A stretch of DNA of 64,000 bases from assembly GCA_963575745.1 (NCBI GenBank), contig CAUYUJ010000192.1:248001-312000 (forward strand), read 5' to 3'. Source of the DNA: Prorocentrum cordatum. Lineage: Eukaryota. Positions within the stretch are counted from its first letter, which is position 1, and the number at the start of each line of letters is the position of its first letter. Made by a program: the position numbers and the translations under genes. This document shows positions 51,505-64,000 of the stretch, piece after piece. The notes beneath the pieces are model-generated. The model searched no databases and was not told the origin of the DNA. It was given only the letters and a program-made list of their open reading frames with translations.

Positions 51505-54500
51505 GCAGAAATGCTGCTCCAGCGGGCGGCGATCCAGGGACCGATACGCGAATTGGCCGGCCTGCAAGAGGAAAAAGGGGGGAACAGGGCGGCCGCGGAG
51601 GAGGGGGAGGAGGGGGAGGAGGAGGAGGAGGAGGAGGAGGAGGAGGAGGAGGAGGAGGAGGAAGGAGGAGGAGGAGGAGGCCACTCCGCACATGGATCCG
51701 GCACGAAAGACTGGCCCTGGGAAGGGGTCGGGAGCTCCAGGGTCGCGGATTCACGACATCAGATCGGAGGACGTCGGCCAAGACGCTGCTCTGCCCATTC
51801 GCCGAGCCTCGGCCACGAGCAGGCTGCTGCCCCGACCTCTAGACTCGGGGGCGGCCAAGAGGGGGGGCGCACATCATGGCCAGCGGTGTGCGCGGCCCAG
51901 CGGGGGGCCAGGGACGTCTGGAAAGAAGAGGCGCGCGAAATCTGGGAAGACCATGGCCCCCGCCATGACATCCCCCCCCCTGGTCATCACCCCCCTCTTG
52001 GCCGCCCCCGATGGACCCGAGGCGCAGCCCGAAGACCGAGAGCCCATCCTGGGCCCAAGGAGTGTGCCCTCTCTCGGGATCCTGGATGTAACACATCCCT
52101 CCTCCTCTTCCTCCTCCTCCTCCTCCTCCTCCTCCCCTCCTCCTCCTCCTCCTCCTCCTCCTCCTCCCCCCTCCTCCTCCTCCCCCTCCCCTCCTCCTCC
52201 TCCTCCTCCTCCTCCTCCTCATCCTCCTCCTCCTCACATCGCGCCCGAGCGACCGGCACTCCCCGGGACGGCGGCAGGACGTGGGCACACCTGGGGCACA
52301 TCCTGGGCCCCCAGGTGTGCCCCCTTTCGGACTTCTAGAGCCCCTCCTGAGGCTGGAGCCCCCTGTGGGCACAGTCTCAAAGGACTGGAGCCCCCATGTG
52401 GGCGTGGCTTAATGGGGGGGTCACAAATGGGGGGGGTCAGAAAAGGTCCCCTTTCGTGCCCCTTTCGGGCCCCTCCAGAGCCCCAGGGGGCTCGTTTGGG
52501 TACCGTTTGGGTACCTTTTCGGACCACGCTCGCCACCCCCCCATTTATGACCCCCCCAGTACGCGGCGCCCAAAAGGTGCCTTCTCTCGGCATCCCGGCC
52601 GTACAGTCGACCCGTATCACGAGGGTGCGCGGTGAGGAGGCAAGGGCCCTGGAGGGCCACGTTGGCGTTTCTCGAGGGAGGCTGGCCAGCGAGTCGCCGA
52701 GGATGGGCCGAAGGGGCAAGAATGCAAGGGTACCCTATGGAAGGTTGCCTATCCTTACTATGAGGGTTGACTGTAACATTACATGACGCCCGAGGGACCA
52801 GCACTCCGAGACTACGGCAGGTTGTTGACACACTTGGGCACATAATTGAGCAAGGATCTCGGCGAGAGCCGGCGGGCCAAGAAGGCAGATCGTCGCCGCG
52901 TTGGCACCAAAGCGCTCTTGAGGAAAACACATCCCAACCCCACCTTTAGCCAGGACACCCACTCAAGACCTGGTGATCCAGGGAGTTCTTGGCTGGCCCA
53001 CCGGCCCTAAAACAAACACCCCACACCCAGCCAAGACCCCGTGGATCACCAGGTCGGGCGTGGGGTCCCGGCTGGGGGTTGGGTTGGGTTGTGCGGTCCC
53101 CTGCTCGGGCATGCTCTGTGTCGCAGCTACAGTCCGTTGCATGATGCGACGTTGCACGATCTTCCCCCAAACAATACTGATGCCACCCTGAATTGGCGAA
53201 TCATTTGACCGTCGACGCCCGAGGTGCTATCAAGAGCCTCCTCGACAACTGGACAGATGGGCTCTCTGCAAACCGCAGTGCTCTGACAGAGCATCAGTAT
53301 CGCATCGTTGGCCTGCCATCCCTGCTTGAGACTGCTGCGAAGAGTCGCCAGCAGATCGCAAGTCAAACCTAAATTCCAACATCGGTCATGACGGGCCTTG
53401 GCTCGAACGGCACTTACGAGCCCCAGCAACATCTTTGAGGCGGCCTGGGCCTGGTGGGAGCACGTCGTCCGAGCTCAAGGCAACTCACAAGAGTCGTCTG
53501 CGATGCCTGTACGATGTGCCCCCCCCCCCTCCCCCCGGATAGGGGCACGAGGTGCGTGCACGGGTCCGCTGCGCAGCCAGGCACGCAGTCGATGGATGGC
53601 GGCGACCGAGGAGACGCCGTCTCCTGAACGGACTGGGCCAATCCGAGCTCTCGTGCGTCGACCCACTGGCTGCAGCACACGCCCAGCAGCTCCCCCCCCG
53701 ATGTTCCCGAACTGGCACTTCTCCGAGCGCGGAGATGGCACACGACCAGCGCGCAGAATTCAGAATTCGACCCACACGGCATCAGGCAGGCGCGCGATGG
53801 TGTTGGATGTTCGTTTGAAGAGCTTCCTGGAGCCACTCGCTTCACTCATGCGACGATACTGCGTCGAACGTCCGTCGAATTGTGTCGGACTGGAATCGAA
53901 CCTGGGTCGACCTTACCTCAAATACTGAAACGGACAGATCCGTCAGGCAGACCCCAGGGAGGTCCCCGAAACGAGCACCTGACAGATGCATCACAGAACC
54001 CCGCACGTTTCCCTGAGATCTGACGTCAAGAAACAAATACAGCATCGTCAAACAACAACTTGACCAGAGTCCTGGACCCCATCTCTCTGCGGCAACTGTC
54101 GAGTCGGATCGATTCGTGTGGGTCCTTGGGCCCGAAGCAAGGCAGCATCGCTAATTATGGTCACACTATACCTACACATCCGACGTCGTGATTGTTCCAC
54201 AATCTGGCTCCCCAGAACTCTGGCCTCTTTCTCCAGGACCAGCTTTTCATCCTGGATCGTTTCCTTTTGAACTTTTGAGCGCCCAAAAACGGGTACGGAA
54301 CAAAAATGGGCACACTGCCAAAGAACGAGTGGCATCCAAAAACCGACAGCGGCCGCCGTTGGGTAGGCTGCCTTCTGTCTCGAATGGGCAGCCTCCGCGG
54401 CGGCGCGGGCAGCGAGCCCTGCTCCAAGTGAGCAGGAACTGCAGCGGTGCGGTGACAGACCGTGCGGTGACCTCGAAATCCCCCAAGACCTCACCGCACG

Positions 54501-57500
54501 GTCCGTCACCGCACGGTCTTGGGAAACCCGGAGGCCCCCGCCGCCCGAGACATCCTCGGAGAACGACCCGAGTCCCAAAACCGTGCGGCGACCCCGAATC
54601 CCCACCGACTCACCGCACGGCGCGGTCACCAACCACCCCGTGTGGGGGCCCCCCGGCTGACGGGGCCCCGCGAGGGGCCCCCGAGGCGGACACCTGGCAG
54701 AAGCCCTCCGCGGGGACGCCTGCGCGGCGCGAGGGCGACTGGGCACCCCGGGCGGCCCGACGTGCCGAGCGGAGCGCGGGCGCGCGGGCGCGCGGCGCGC
54801 GGCGCGGGCGCGAGCCGCCGCGGCCTTGTCGTGCCGCGCCAGCTGGAGGACGCGGCCGCCCTTCTCGTCCAGGACGGCCTGCGCGGAGGCGGGTCTCGGG
54901 CGGGGGGGGCTCTCCGAGGAGCCGCCCTCCTGGCCCCGGATCCGGGGCTCCCGCTGGGCAGTGCTTCCCGTTTTTTCGTTGTCGTCGTCGTCGCTTCCCC
55001 TCGTGCTGTCCTCGTTCCGCCCCTGCTGCGAGGCGAGGTCAAAAGCTGTACGCGAGATCGCCGAAACGCCGGTTAGCCCGAGCCCTGCCTCGATTCTTCA
55101 ATACGTGCACACGCATGGGCAGGCCGCGCTGATGGACATCAGGCGCCTGGGCAGTGGCCCCACGCAGACAAGAGGGCCACCTTGGGAGGACGCGCCGGAT
55201 CCTCCGCGGAGAATCAGCAAAGGCCAGCACGGGCTGTGGAGGGGAGCTGGGAGGACGTGGGGGAAGACGAAGGCAGGAGGGAGGGAGGGAGGGAGGGAGG
55301 GAGGGAGGGAGGGAGGGAGGAGGAGGAGGAGGAGGAGGAGGAGGAGGAGGAGGAGGAGGAGACGCCTGGGAGGAATAAAAGGCTGCATAAACATATAACT
55401 CGGCACGGATCTCTCGGAGCGGCGACTGGCCGCCGCCCGTGGCACTCCCAGTGCGGCAAGGAGGGGGGTCCGGCGCGGATCCAAGACGTCCGCGCGGGCC
55501 TCCAGAAGGCTATGCGCATGCCATGCGTATGATGTTGCTTCACATCAGGAGACTGGGGCCTGGACAGAAGGTCGGCGGCGAGCGAGGGGGGGAAATGAGA
55601 AGGAGTAGGCCTTCTCGGAGGGCGGCGGAACTTCTCAGAGGCCCTCGCACCTTCTGAGAAGTTTTTGTCTGTCTTCGGGGAAGGCTTTTAACGAACTCCT
55701 CAGAAGGCCCTTGGGGCTTCCGAACCTTCTGAGCAGGCCTTCTCCTTCTCACTTCCCCCCTCGCTCGCCGCCGAGTTGTTTCACATTGGGAGACTGGGGC
55801 CTGGGCAGAAGGGACATCGTGCACGTGTTGAACGACGCCAAGGCGGTCGAGCGGTCTCTCGGACGGGGTCGACGTGGCCCGAGCTGCCGCGGAAGCGGTG
55901 GGGTGCACGGTGTCCGGCCGAGGCCTGGCGACGGTGGGGCTCGAGGCGCACCACCAGCTGCTACGGAGCTTCCAGGCAGCAAGCGGCCTTCGCTGCCACT
56001 CGGGCTGCGCAAGTGGACTCTGGATGCGAAGGCGTCGTGGTCCAAACGGTTGTGTTCGCGGAATGCGGCGGAAGCATAGCGAGCTGAGCACAGGCTTAGG
56101 TCCACGGGTACGCCTGGTGCACAGCAGGAACAGACACCTAGCCACGGCAACACAAACGCGAGCCGCATCTGGAGGAGCAACGCAACACACACTGCATTCT
56201 GAGGTCCGCGCAGGTTTAGGCCCGGCGCCGATCCAAGAGATCTGCGCGGACCCCCGAAAATCACTGGGACCAGAGCAGACGGGGCTTGAAGATGCCACCG
56301 CGTCAAGACAGACAGACAAACTGTCCTGGGGATCTCGTGTCTGGATGCTGGAGGCGGCCAGGAGGTTGAGAGCTGGCTGGGCCCCGAGAAAATTTGTCGA
56401 TAAGGAGGGATGAAGGCATGTCCGCTCAAAATCGGTCCTCAGACCCCTCCCAGGGTCCATCTTTGGAGTCCCGAAATGGTGCGGTGACAGACCGTGTGGT
56501 GACCTCGAAATCCCCCAAGACCTCACCGCACGGTCTTGGGAAACCCGGAGGCCCCCGTCGCCCGAGACAACCTCGGAGAACGACCCGAGTCCCAAAACCG
56601 TGCGGTGACCCCGAATCCCCACCGACTCACCGCACGGTGTGGTCACCACCCCGTTTGGGGGCCCCAGACCATCTGGTGCTGCGAGGTTGGTCACCCCGGA
56701 TCCGTGTTCGACGCTCCTGGGGCCCGAAAACAAAGCGGCCCCCTCTGACTGACTGCCTGAAGCCTTGCGCCCAGAAGACGCCTGGGCAAGACTGCGCGCG
56801 TGGCAACCGGCGGCGAGAACAACCGACTCGACCATGCGACAGACCTGGGCCGGCAACACCGGGCGGACAACAGGAGGGAAGGGGAGGAGGGCGGCGAGGG
56901 GGGGCAGGAGAGCCAAAAATCGAATCGACAAGTCGGATCGGAAGTCGACATGAATCGGATCGGCGGAAATCGGCAGCCGAGTCGGGAAAAGTCGAATCGG
57001 CGGGCATCGGCAGGCTGGTGTGCGTCCAATGAGAAATCGGAACCGAAATCCGAATCCCAAGTGGAATCGAATCGGAATGGGAATCCATCGAAATCGAATC
57101 GAATCGGAGGAATCGAAACGAGCCCTGGGGGGGGGGCAAACGAGTGACGCTCAGAGACACGCGCGCACAATCAGAACTGCCCCCCGGAGACCGAACAAAG
57201 GCAGAACACGCCCTCCCGCACCCCGGGGCCTCGGGCCTTCGCCCACCTCTCGCCTGCTTGCCGGCACTGGTGCCGGGCCACCTCGGACCTCCAGCCAGAA
57301 GTGACTACCTACCAGACCACCCCAACCCAACCCGAAGACCCGAAGTTCGGGTTGGGGGGGATAAGGGTTCCACCCGTGTTTTTTCAATGTTCCCCGACCC
57401 TCCCCCCCACTGGAAATGGAGGCCAAATTGAGGCCTTCGGGTTGGGTTGGGGTGGTTTGGTGGGTGGTGAAGAAGCTGGAGAGGCCTTCCGCGCGGTGTC

Positions 57501-60500
57501 AGAGCAGGTGGCGTCGGAGGCTCGCGCCGCATCACCGATGCATCACCGATGCATCGGCGATGCATCGGCGATGCATCGGCGACATCGGCGATGCATCGGC
57601 GACGTCGGCCTCGAGGAAGACGAGATCCACATCGAGCCGCATCGCCGATGCGTCGGCGATGCGGAGCGATCCTTCGACCCATCTACGGCTGGACCCAGGA
57701 CAGAAGAACATCCTTCAAGAACATGAGACCCTCCGCCGGCCAGAACTGAGGAGCATTCGAGGGTACCCTCCCACAGGATGCACAAGCACAGTCAACAAGC
57801 ACGAAAAACATTAGGGAACATCATGGCACCCTCCCCGAACCGACCTCGATCTTCTACCTCGGGCCGACCGCAAACGATTGGGCCGTGGTCGGGGCGAAAT
57901 GGGGGGGCCTTCCCAGAGCAACGGAGGGCTGCTTGGAGCAGCGGACCGGCCCCCTCCTGGGGCGTGCGCGCACAGTCCTCGTGCCACGATGTGGAACGCC
58001 TACCCATCGGTCGGAAGAGGTAAGTAGAAACATGAAGTCGGAAGGTGTTGAAAACAGGTTGGGTTTCCGCCCGCCCCCTAAAACGGACGGAAAAGATGAA
58101 GCCAGTCGATCATTGAGGTAAGAAGGCGCATAATTCGGGGATGGACAGACCTCCCTTTGGTAAAACGTGGTTTAGTGAAAAACAACCTGAGGCCCAAACC
58201 TGGCGGGCGCAAGCCTGGAAAATAACGGCCGCGGCGCCCTCTCGAGAACCGAAAACGGACAATTCACTAATCGACGTGTCACTGTTGGGGGTTCTGTCCA
58301 CCCCCGAATAATGTAGATTGGAATCAAGCGGCCCGAGCCCGACCCCCCCCCCCCCCCGAAAGCGGTCCCTGTTCCGGCGCCTTGGCTGCGGGCCTCTGGC
58401 ACCCCATCGGGAGGCCGAGACCAGCCGACGCCTCGCCATCGCTCGGACGTCCATTCCCTGTGTGTGTGTGTGTTTTTGCCCGGGAAACAACCGTGCTCCT
58501 CGATGGTCCTCGCCGTTAAACAGTGCACGCGTCCGAGCGATGCCGAGACTCCATTCTGATGGTGGCCTGTAGGGACGCGCAAAGCGTCGACGACACAGGC
58601 TCTTCGAATGCCACCCCCGCGCGCCAGGGGCGCCGCCCAGATTGATGTGGAGTGTGGAGAGGGGGCCCAGGGCTGACCCAAGAGACTCGAGCGGACCTTT
58701 GGTGAACGTTTTCTTATTCGGCGTTTCGACACTGGGCCGGAGGAGGGGTGGGGGGCTGGCTCCGGACCTTGACGGCGAGCGGGAATAAGATCCAATATGA
58801 GGAGAAAAAATACTAGAGCTCTAACGAATGGCTGAGTTTCGAGAAATTCAATTTGCTTAGGGCGGCTGTTTGCAGCAGTACGCCCCAGGGGGGGGAGATC
58901 CCACCTGCTCGAAACAGGCGCCCAAAGCAGCCAAGGTCTACTCCATGGGGGGAGGGGAGGGAGGCGTGCGACGGCCCGCGCCAATCGGCAAAACGATGGA
59001 CAAGACACGATCCCTTGGGAGCTCCTCCTCCTCCTCCTCCTCATCCTCATCCTATTCCTCCTCCTCCTCTCCCCCCTCCTCCTCCTCCTCCTCCTCCTCC
59101 TCCTCCTCCTCCTCCTCCTCCTCCTCCTCCTCCTCCTCCTCCTCCTCCTCCTCCTCTTCGATGGTCGACTCCTGGAATCGAAGCGGGCCGGCCGCAGTGG
59201 CCAGCGGATCGGACTGGACCGGGCCCGCGCGGACCCTGCACGGATGAAGAGTCTGCCTTCACCCCGATCGTCGCCCTGCTAGAAGAGAGGCACGGCGGAG
59301 GGCTGGTCCGAGTCGACATCGAGCCGGACAGATCGGATCGACATTAGGGGAAGACGCACTGGCACGGGCATGAACTTTCGGAGCTCCGCGCGGATTTCTT
59401 TTGGATCGCTGGGTCCCCCTGCCCGTCGCGCGCAGCGTGGTAGCACCAAGAGGCACAACGCCAAGCCGAGAAATCCGTGCAGATCTTTGAGAAGATACGT
59501 TGCTGCTTTTTTCCTCCTCCAGGAATGGACCCTGGACGATCCAATCGAATTGGATCGGACGAGATCGGATCAATCCGATCAAAACTGGGGAAACACAATG
59601 GTTCCGATACCGCTACTCCCAGGACCTGTCCCAGGATGCGTTCTGACCAGAATTTCGAAGCGAATCTAGCCGTGGCGTCACAAGCCTCCAAGGAGGCCCA
59701 AGAAGGCGAAAACGACGGAAGCGCAGCGGTATCGGTACCTTGTTTTCCTCTGACGTAAAGGCCTCCCAGATGTGGTCGGAGGGTCGCGCCGCACCGCCGA
59801 TGCACCAGCGATGTATCGGCGATGCATGGGCGATGTCGGCGATGAATCGGCGCCGTCGACGTGGAAAAATCTCGCTCCTCAGCGAACATCATGGCCGATG
59901 GCAGCATCGCCGATGCACCGACAGTGCGGCGCGATCCTTGACCCCTTGCTCCCACCAGCTCCACCCCCAGTAGAGAGGCCCAGAGGTATCTGTACCATCT
60001 CCTCCACCCAGGGTCGAATCGGATCGACGTGGGCCCAGGGAAAGCAAGAGTGCACAAATCCCCGGGCGGTGTTCCTTCTCATCGTCCTCGTCCTCCCTGC
60101 CGTGATCCTCGCCCTCGTCCCCGCCGTCCTCGCTCCCCTCGCCCCTTTCGCCCTCCTCCCCTTCGTCTCTCGTCCTCGTGGTCGTCTTCCTCGTCCTCGT
60201 CCTGATCGCCATCCTCGGCCTCGTCCCGCCTCCCCTTCGTCTCTCGTCCTCGTGGTCGTCTTCCTCGTCCTCGTCCTGATCGCCATCCTGGGCCTCGTCC
60301 TCGTCCTCGTCCTCCTCGTCGTCGTCGCCGCCGTCGTCGTGGTCGTCGTCGTGGTCGTCGTCGGCGTAGGTTAGGAGGAGGGGGAGGGGGAGGAGGAGGA
60401 GGAGGAGGAGGAGGAGGAGGAGGAGGAGGAGGAGGAGGAGGTCCCCGCGCCGCAGACGGCGCGCGCGGCGGTAGATCTGGCCGCGCCTGCACCTCGCCGC

Positions 60501-60570
60501 CGATGCGCCGCTCCACCTGCCCCCCCAGAGGCGTCGGCCCTCCCCGCGCGGCCCCCACAGGGCGAGGGCA
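51505..60570 (+). CDS. Possible multi-exon host gene made of short exons in MITE-filled introns (structure unresolved)
   Basis: Short protein-like blocks with AG|G-type borders: ~51505-51570 AEMLLQRAAIQGPIRELAGLQE; ~54843-54888 LEDAAALLVQDGLR; ~55038-55142 KAVREIAE..ALMDI; 55549-55570; 55812 onward; ~57470-57508; ~59240-59325; ~59650-59730. Confidence 0.35.
52412..52559. mobile_element. MITE with TA TSD (Tc1/mariner-like)
   Basis: TGGGGGGGTCACAAATGGGGGG pairs with CCCCCCATTTATGACCCCCCCA; TA at 52410-52411 and 52560-52561. Confidence 0.75.
53150..54170 (-). pseudogene. Heavily decayed LINE RT remnant
   Basis: GWQANDAILMLCQ..CRE..P..ALD resembles RT subdomains 2a-3; LLRAQGPTRIDPTRQL weakly resembles the LIPK..RPI region. 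Confidence 0.4.
55572..55774. mobile_element. MITE with ~55-bp TIRs flanked by a 38-bp direct duplication
   Basis: TCGGCGGCGAGCGAGGGGGG..TGAGAAGGAG pairs with CTCCTTCTCA..CCCCCCTCGCTCGCCGCCGA. Flanks 55534-55571 and 55775-55812 match at 34/38 positions. Confidence 0.88.
56462..56668. mobile_element. MITE of the 3181-3386 type, 5-bp TSD CCATC; close relative at ~54445-54655
   Basis: Imperfect TIRs; CCATC at 56457-56461 and 56669-56673. Confidence 0.8.
57305..57467. mobile_element. MITE with ~35-bp TIRs and a 3-bp TGA TSD
   Basis: CTACCTACCAGACCACCCCAACCCAACCCGAAG pairs with CTTCGGGTTGGGTTGGGGTGGTTTGGTGGGTGG; TGA on both sides. Confidence 0.8.
57511..57680. mobile_element. MITE with GCATCGGCGAT internal repeats, second copy at ~59773-59945
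   Basis: GTCGGAGGCTCGCGCCGCATC pairs with GATGCGGAGCGATCCTTCGAC. Confidence 0.7.
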
Positions 60571-60576
60571 GGAGAA

Positions 60577-60608
<32 letters not shown>

Positions 60609-60750
60609 GGAGGACGAGGACGAGGACGAGGACGACGACGAGGACGACGAGGACGAGGACGAGGACGACGAGGAGGACGACGACGAGGACGACGAGGACG
60701 ACGAGGACGACGAGGACGAGGACGAGGACGACGAGGACGACGAGGAGGAC

Positions 60751-60782
<32 letters not shown>

Positions 60783-60993
60783 GGACGACGAAGAAGATGA
60801 TGCTGGATTCTGCAGCAGCACACCCGTGTAATACGGACGCGGAATGAAGATGCAAGGGCCGAGGAAAAAGGCAATACCGACACTTTGCGAGCGGGGCGCG
60901 GCCAGCGAAAGCGGCCAAGGATGGGCCGAAGGGGGAAGCACGCAGCAAGGGTAAGGTTGGACAGTTGCTCATCCACACTATGCGGGTATCCTG

Positions 60994-62787
60994 TCCGCCG
61001 ACCCCGTTGGGGTCTCCAGGCGTGTGAGATTGTTCTCCCAGCCCTTACCCCCCCCGCAAGGGTCCCGAACTCGCTGGAAAAAGTTCGTTGCGAACTTTGC
61101 CCGGCTGACAATGGGGCCGCATTGCCGAACGGGCCGTCGGCGACGGGTGGGATCCCAACATTCCCGAATCGCCACTGTCGGCAATTTGACAATGGGGCCC
61201 CAGTGCCAAAAGGGCCATCAGCGACGGGTGGGACCCCAACTCCCACGATTGGCAATTTGACAGTGGGGCCCATTGTCAAACGGGCCATCGGCGATGGGTG
61301 GGGTGCGATTCCAGCGCGCCCAATTGGCTATTTGACAGTGGGGTGCCACTGTCAAATTGGCAATCGGCGACGGGCGGGGTGGGCTTTCAGCGCTTCCGGC
61401 TGGCAATTTGACAACGGGGCCTCATTGTCACATGGCCAATCGGCGATGCGCGGGGCGGGGTGGGACACATCCCCGATGCGAAATTGTATTAATGTTGTCT
61501 GAAAAAGGCACGACGGACAATCGCGCGAGAAGTAAATCTGGGAAAGATGTTTTCTGTAGGGCGTCACGCGAGCAGCAATCCACGGCCGCGCGATGGTGGT
61601 CGGCCATGGGTTTCCCCAGGAGAGAGCTTATCCTAAATGGGTTACGTACTATGAATTTTGCAGCGCGGAGTACCTGGGAAGCTCTCCCGCCCAGCCTTGC
61701 CGATGGTTGTCGCGCTCGGAACCTACGCGGGAAAAGGGGACCCGGCTCGGTGACGTCTGAATCGTCAATGATCAAGATGAAACATTTTCGTAGCGGGCAT
61801 GTAAGGATGCCGAGGGCCACGCTGCATCAAAACTACAATTAACACACTGCACCACCGCCTTGAGATGAGCATGAAAACGACGATGACGAGGAATCTGAAG
61901 CGTCCCATGCAGAGCGATTGCAATTTGAGCGGGTCCAAGTCGGAGTGATGTCCCGGCTTCTTTTGCGTGGGACGGAATGATCATCACAACACTGTAGGTC
62001 TACATCATGATACCAGAACCCTGCGCGCGCTTCGCGCGGTTGGGTCCTACCCAGGCACAAGCATCGGATGCGTCGCGAAGCGAATGAGGTCGGGAGCGGT
62101 TGCAGGAAAAGCGGTGGATAACTGATGACTCACTGAGGACCGCCAGGCATATAATCCACCCACTGGCACTCGTAACCATCGGCCCTCTCGATGAGCGGGA
62201 ATGGAAGAACTGAGAATCATCCCCGAACCTTGATCGTCGAGTCACTCCGCTGCACCCCCCCAGCAGCCCTCGAAAGTGGCGACAGTTTCGCAGATCGCAG
62301 CCCCTCAGGGATGGCTAGGCAGGAGGCAAGCTGGCACGCAGAAAGGAGCAGGGAAGGAGAAGACGCGCGGGCAATGTTCTGTCCAAAACGAGTACCCAAC
62401 GCAGAAGGGTTGGGAAAAACTGCCTCCAAGACGCCCCCGAGACGCCCCCCATGAGACCCCATCAGCCATCCGAATGGCCTCAGACCCGCAACCCAAGCAC
62501 GGTCGCGGGTCCAAGCACTGTGCCATAGGACATTCGATATTCAATCGTCGGGTGTTTTGACAGATGCCCTCTGTCTGTATACGCGGGTTCTCGCCCCATT
62601 CCCCATGCGTGCACCGCGAATACTGAGAATGTCAGCCCAAGAGGCCCCGAAAAGGCCCCCAAGAGGCCCCGATGATGCCCCAAAAGAGCTCCGAGAAACC
62701 CCCAAAAGGTGCACAAAAGCCCTCAGGAGCAGCACGCAACAACCGCCAGTTCCCCAAGGGGTCGGCGGTGTGGCGTAAGCCCAAGAA
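60994..62787 (+). mobile_element. Family A copy 2 (1.8 kb, different interior)
   Basis: Starts TCCGCCGACCCC..GGCGTGTGAGAT as at 8002; ends GGGGTCGGCGGTGTGGCGTAAGCCCAAGAA. Confidence 0.8.
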
Positions 62788-63665
62788 TCCACGTCCAGAA
62801 ATGACGTGTTGCCGGAGGCAGGTCCGCGGATGATGTATTGCAACGTGTCCGATGTATCCAATGACTGCACAATTGCAGCGTATCCGAATTGGTACAGATT
62901 GCATTGTGTTACTACATTATCATATCTCCCCCTGACTCTCCCATGGAGCCGCGCCACAGCGCCGTACCAAAGGTGGAGGCCCTCACTCTGGGGCTCAAAA
63001 CATATAAATATCAATGGCAACTCAACACATTCGGCCTCTTGAGGTTTCAATGTTGTTTTTGTTTCCAAGGGGGCCTCAAGATGGCCCAAGATGGCCCCAA
63101 GACGACCCAAGAAGGCCCCAAGACGACCCAAGATGGCCCCAAGAGGGCCCATGAGGTTCCCAAGACGGCCCCAGAGGGCCCCAGAGGGACCCAAGAGGAC
63201 CCCCGAGAGTACCTCCAGAGGCCAATGTCATTGTGTTTCCTCAGGTGTTTGAAAGATTTTAGCGTTCTCGTCTTTTTCTATCCTTAGAGGTCCTTGACGG
63301 CCCAAGCAGCCTCCAAAATGGTCCCACGACGGCCCCAGAGACCCTCAAGAGGACCCCACGCCGGCCCAGGAGGGCCCCAAGACGGCCCAAAGAGGCCCCC
63401 AAGACTGCCCAAGAGGACTCCAAGAGAGCCCCATGGCAGCCGCGAGAGGCCCACAGGATGGCCTCCGAAAGAGCCAAACGGCGCAAGAGCGCCGCAAGAC
63501 GGCCCAAGGCGCCTCCAAGAGGCCCAACGAGGCCCCAAAGAAGCCCCCGAGAGGCCCCAAGAAGCCCACAAGAGGTTTCCAAGAGGCCCCAAAGAGGCTT
63601 CCACCAGGCCCCACAACTTCTGGACTGCACGTGCTCCGGACGTGCACCCCGCGAAGCGAGAGGAA
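62788..63665 (+). mobile_element. Family B copy 3 (878-bp non-autonomous)
   Basis: Starts TCCACGTCCAGA; shares CGCGCCACAGCGCCGTACCAAA with copies 1 and 2; ends TCCGGACGTGCACCCCGCGAAGCGAGAGGAA. Confidence 0.85.
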
Positions 63666-64000
63666 GAAGTAGAACTCGCGCATATCGAGAGACCTACGCA
63701 AGACGGCTCGCACCATGCGAGTTATAATTCACATGGGGTCTTCTGACATGCGGAGCGTGAAGCAACACGTTAGCTGGAGCGCTCGCAACAGTCGGAGCCT
63801 CAATCTGCACCTGGTGGCAACGCACTCCGTACTGTTCGGCCCCTGGGGCGCTGGTGCTTGTGTTGGGATGGCCCGTCGCCGTATGAATTACTTTTTCGAT
63901 TCCTGAGGCTCTCGGCTTCTGATGGCCAACCTTTCACCGCTGCAAAGGCCATAAATTCGAGGGAGAGGTACAGGAACAAGAACCAGATCACAAACGAAAG

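Overview
GC-rich, repeat-dense eukaryotic DNA that looks dinoflagellate-like (AG|G splice contexts; GT, GC and GA donors; many microsatellites). The main feature is a ~22-kb rolling-circle (Helitron2/Helentron-like) element at 8812-30771. It encodes a minus-strand, intron-containing RepHel with the order OTU protease, C2H2 finger, DUF6570-like region, HUH Rep, Pif1 helicase and six CxxC modules, plus a co-oriented accessory gene of unknown function. Its ends are a short asymmetric inverted repeat and a GCGAAGC mini-hairpin. It is joined head-to-tail to a non-autonomous element of a second family (8002-8811) and to an internally deleted copy of itself (30772-33868), and the same family A|family B junction recurs at 62787/62788. 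Also present: part of a coiled-coil/TSP1/vWA adhesive-protein gene (left end), a decayed LINE followed by an intact unknown ORF (34.4-38.4 kb), a second helicase fragment (43.6-43.9 kb), many MITEs (one with a 38-bp target duplication that forms a clean GT-AG intron) and long satellite tracts. Several homopolymer blocks look like long-read artefacts. All calls come from reading motifs by eye; no searches were run.
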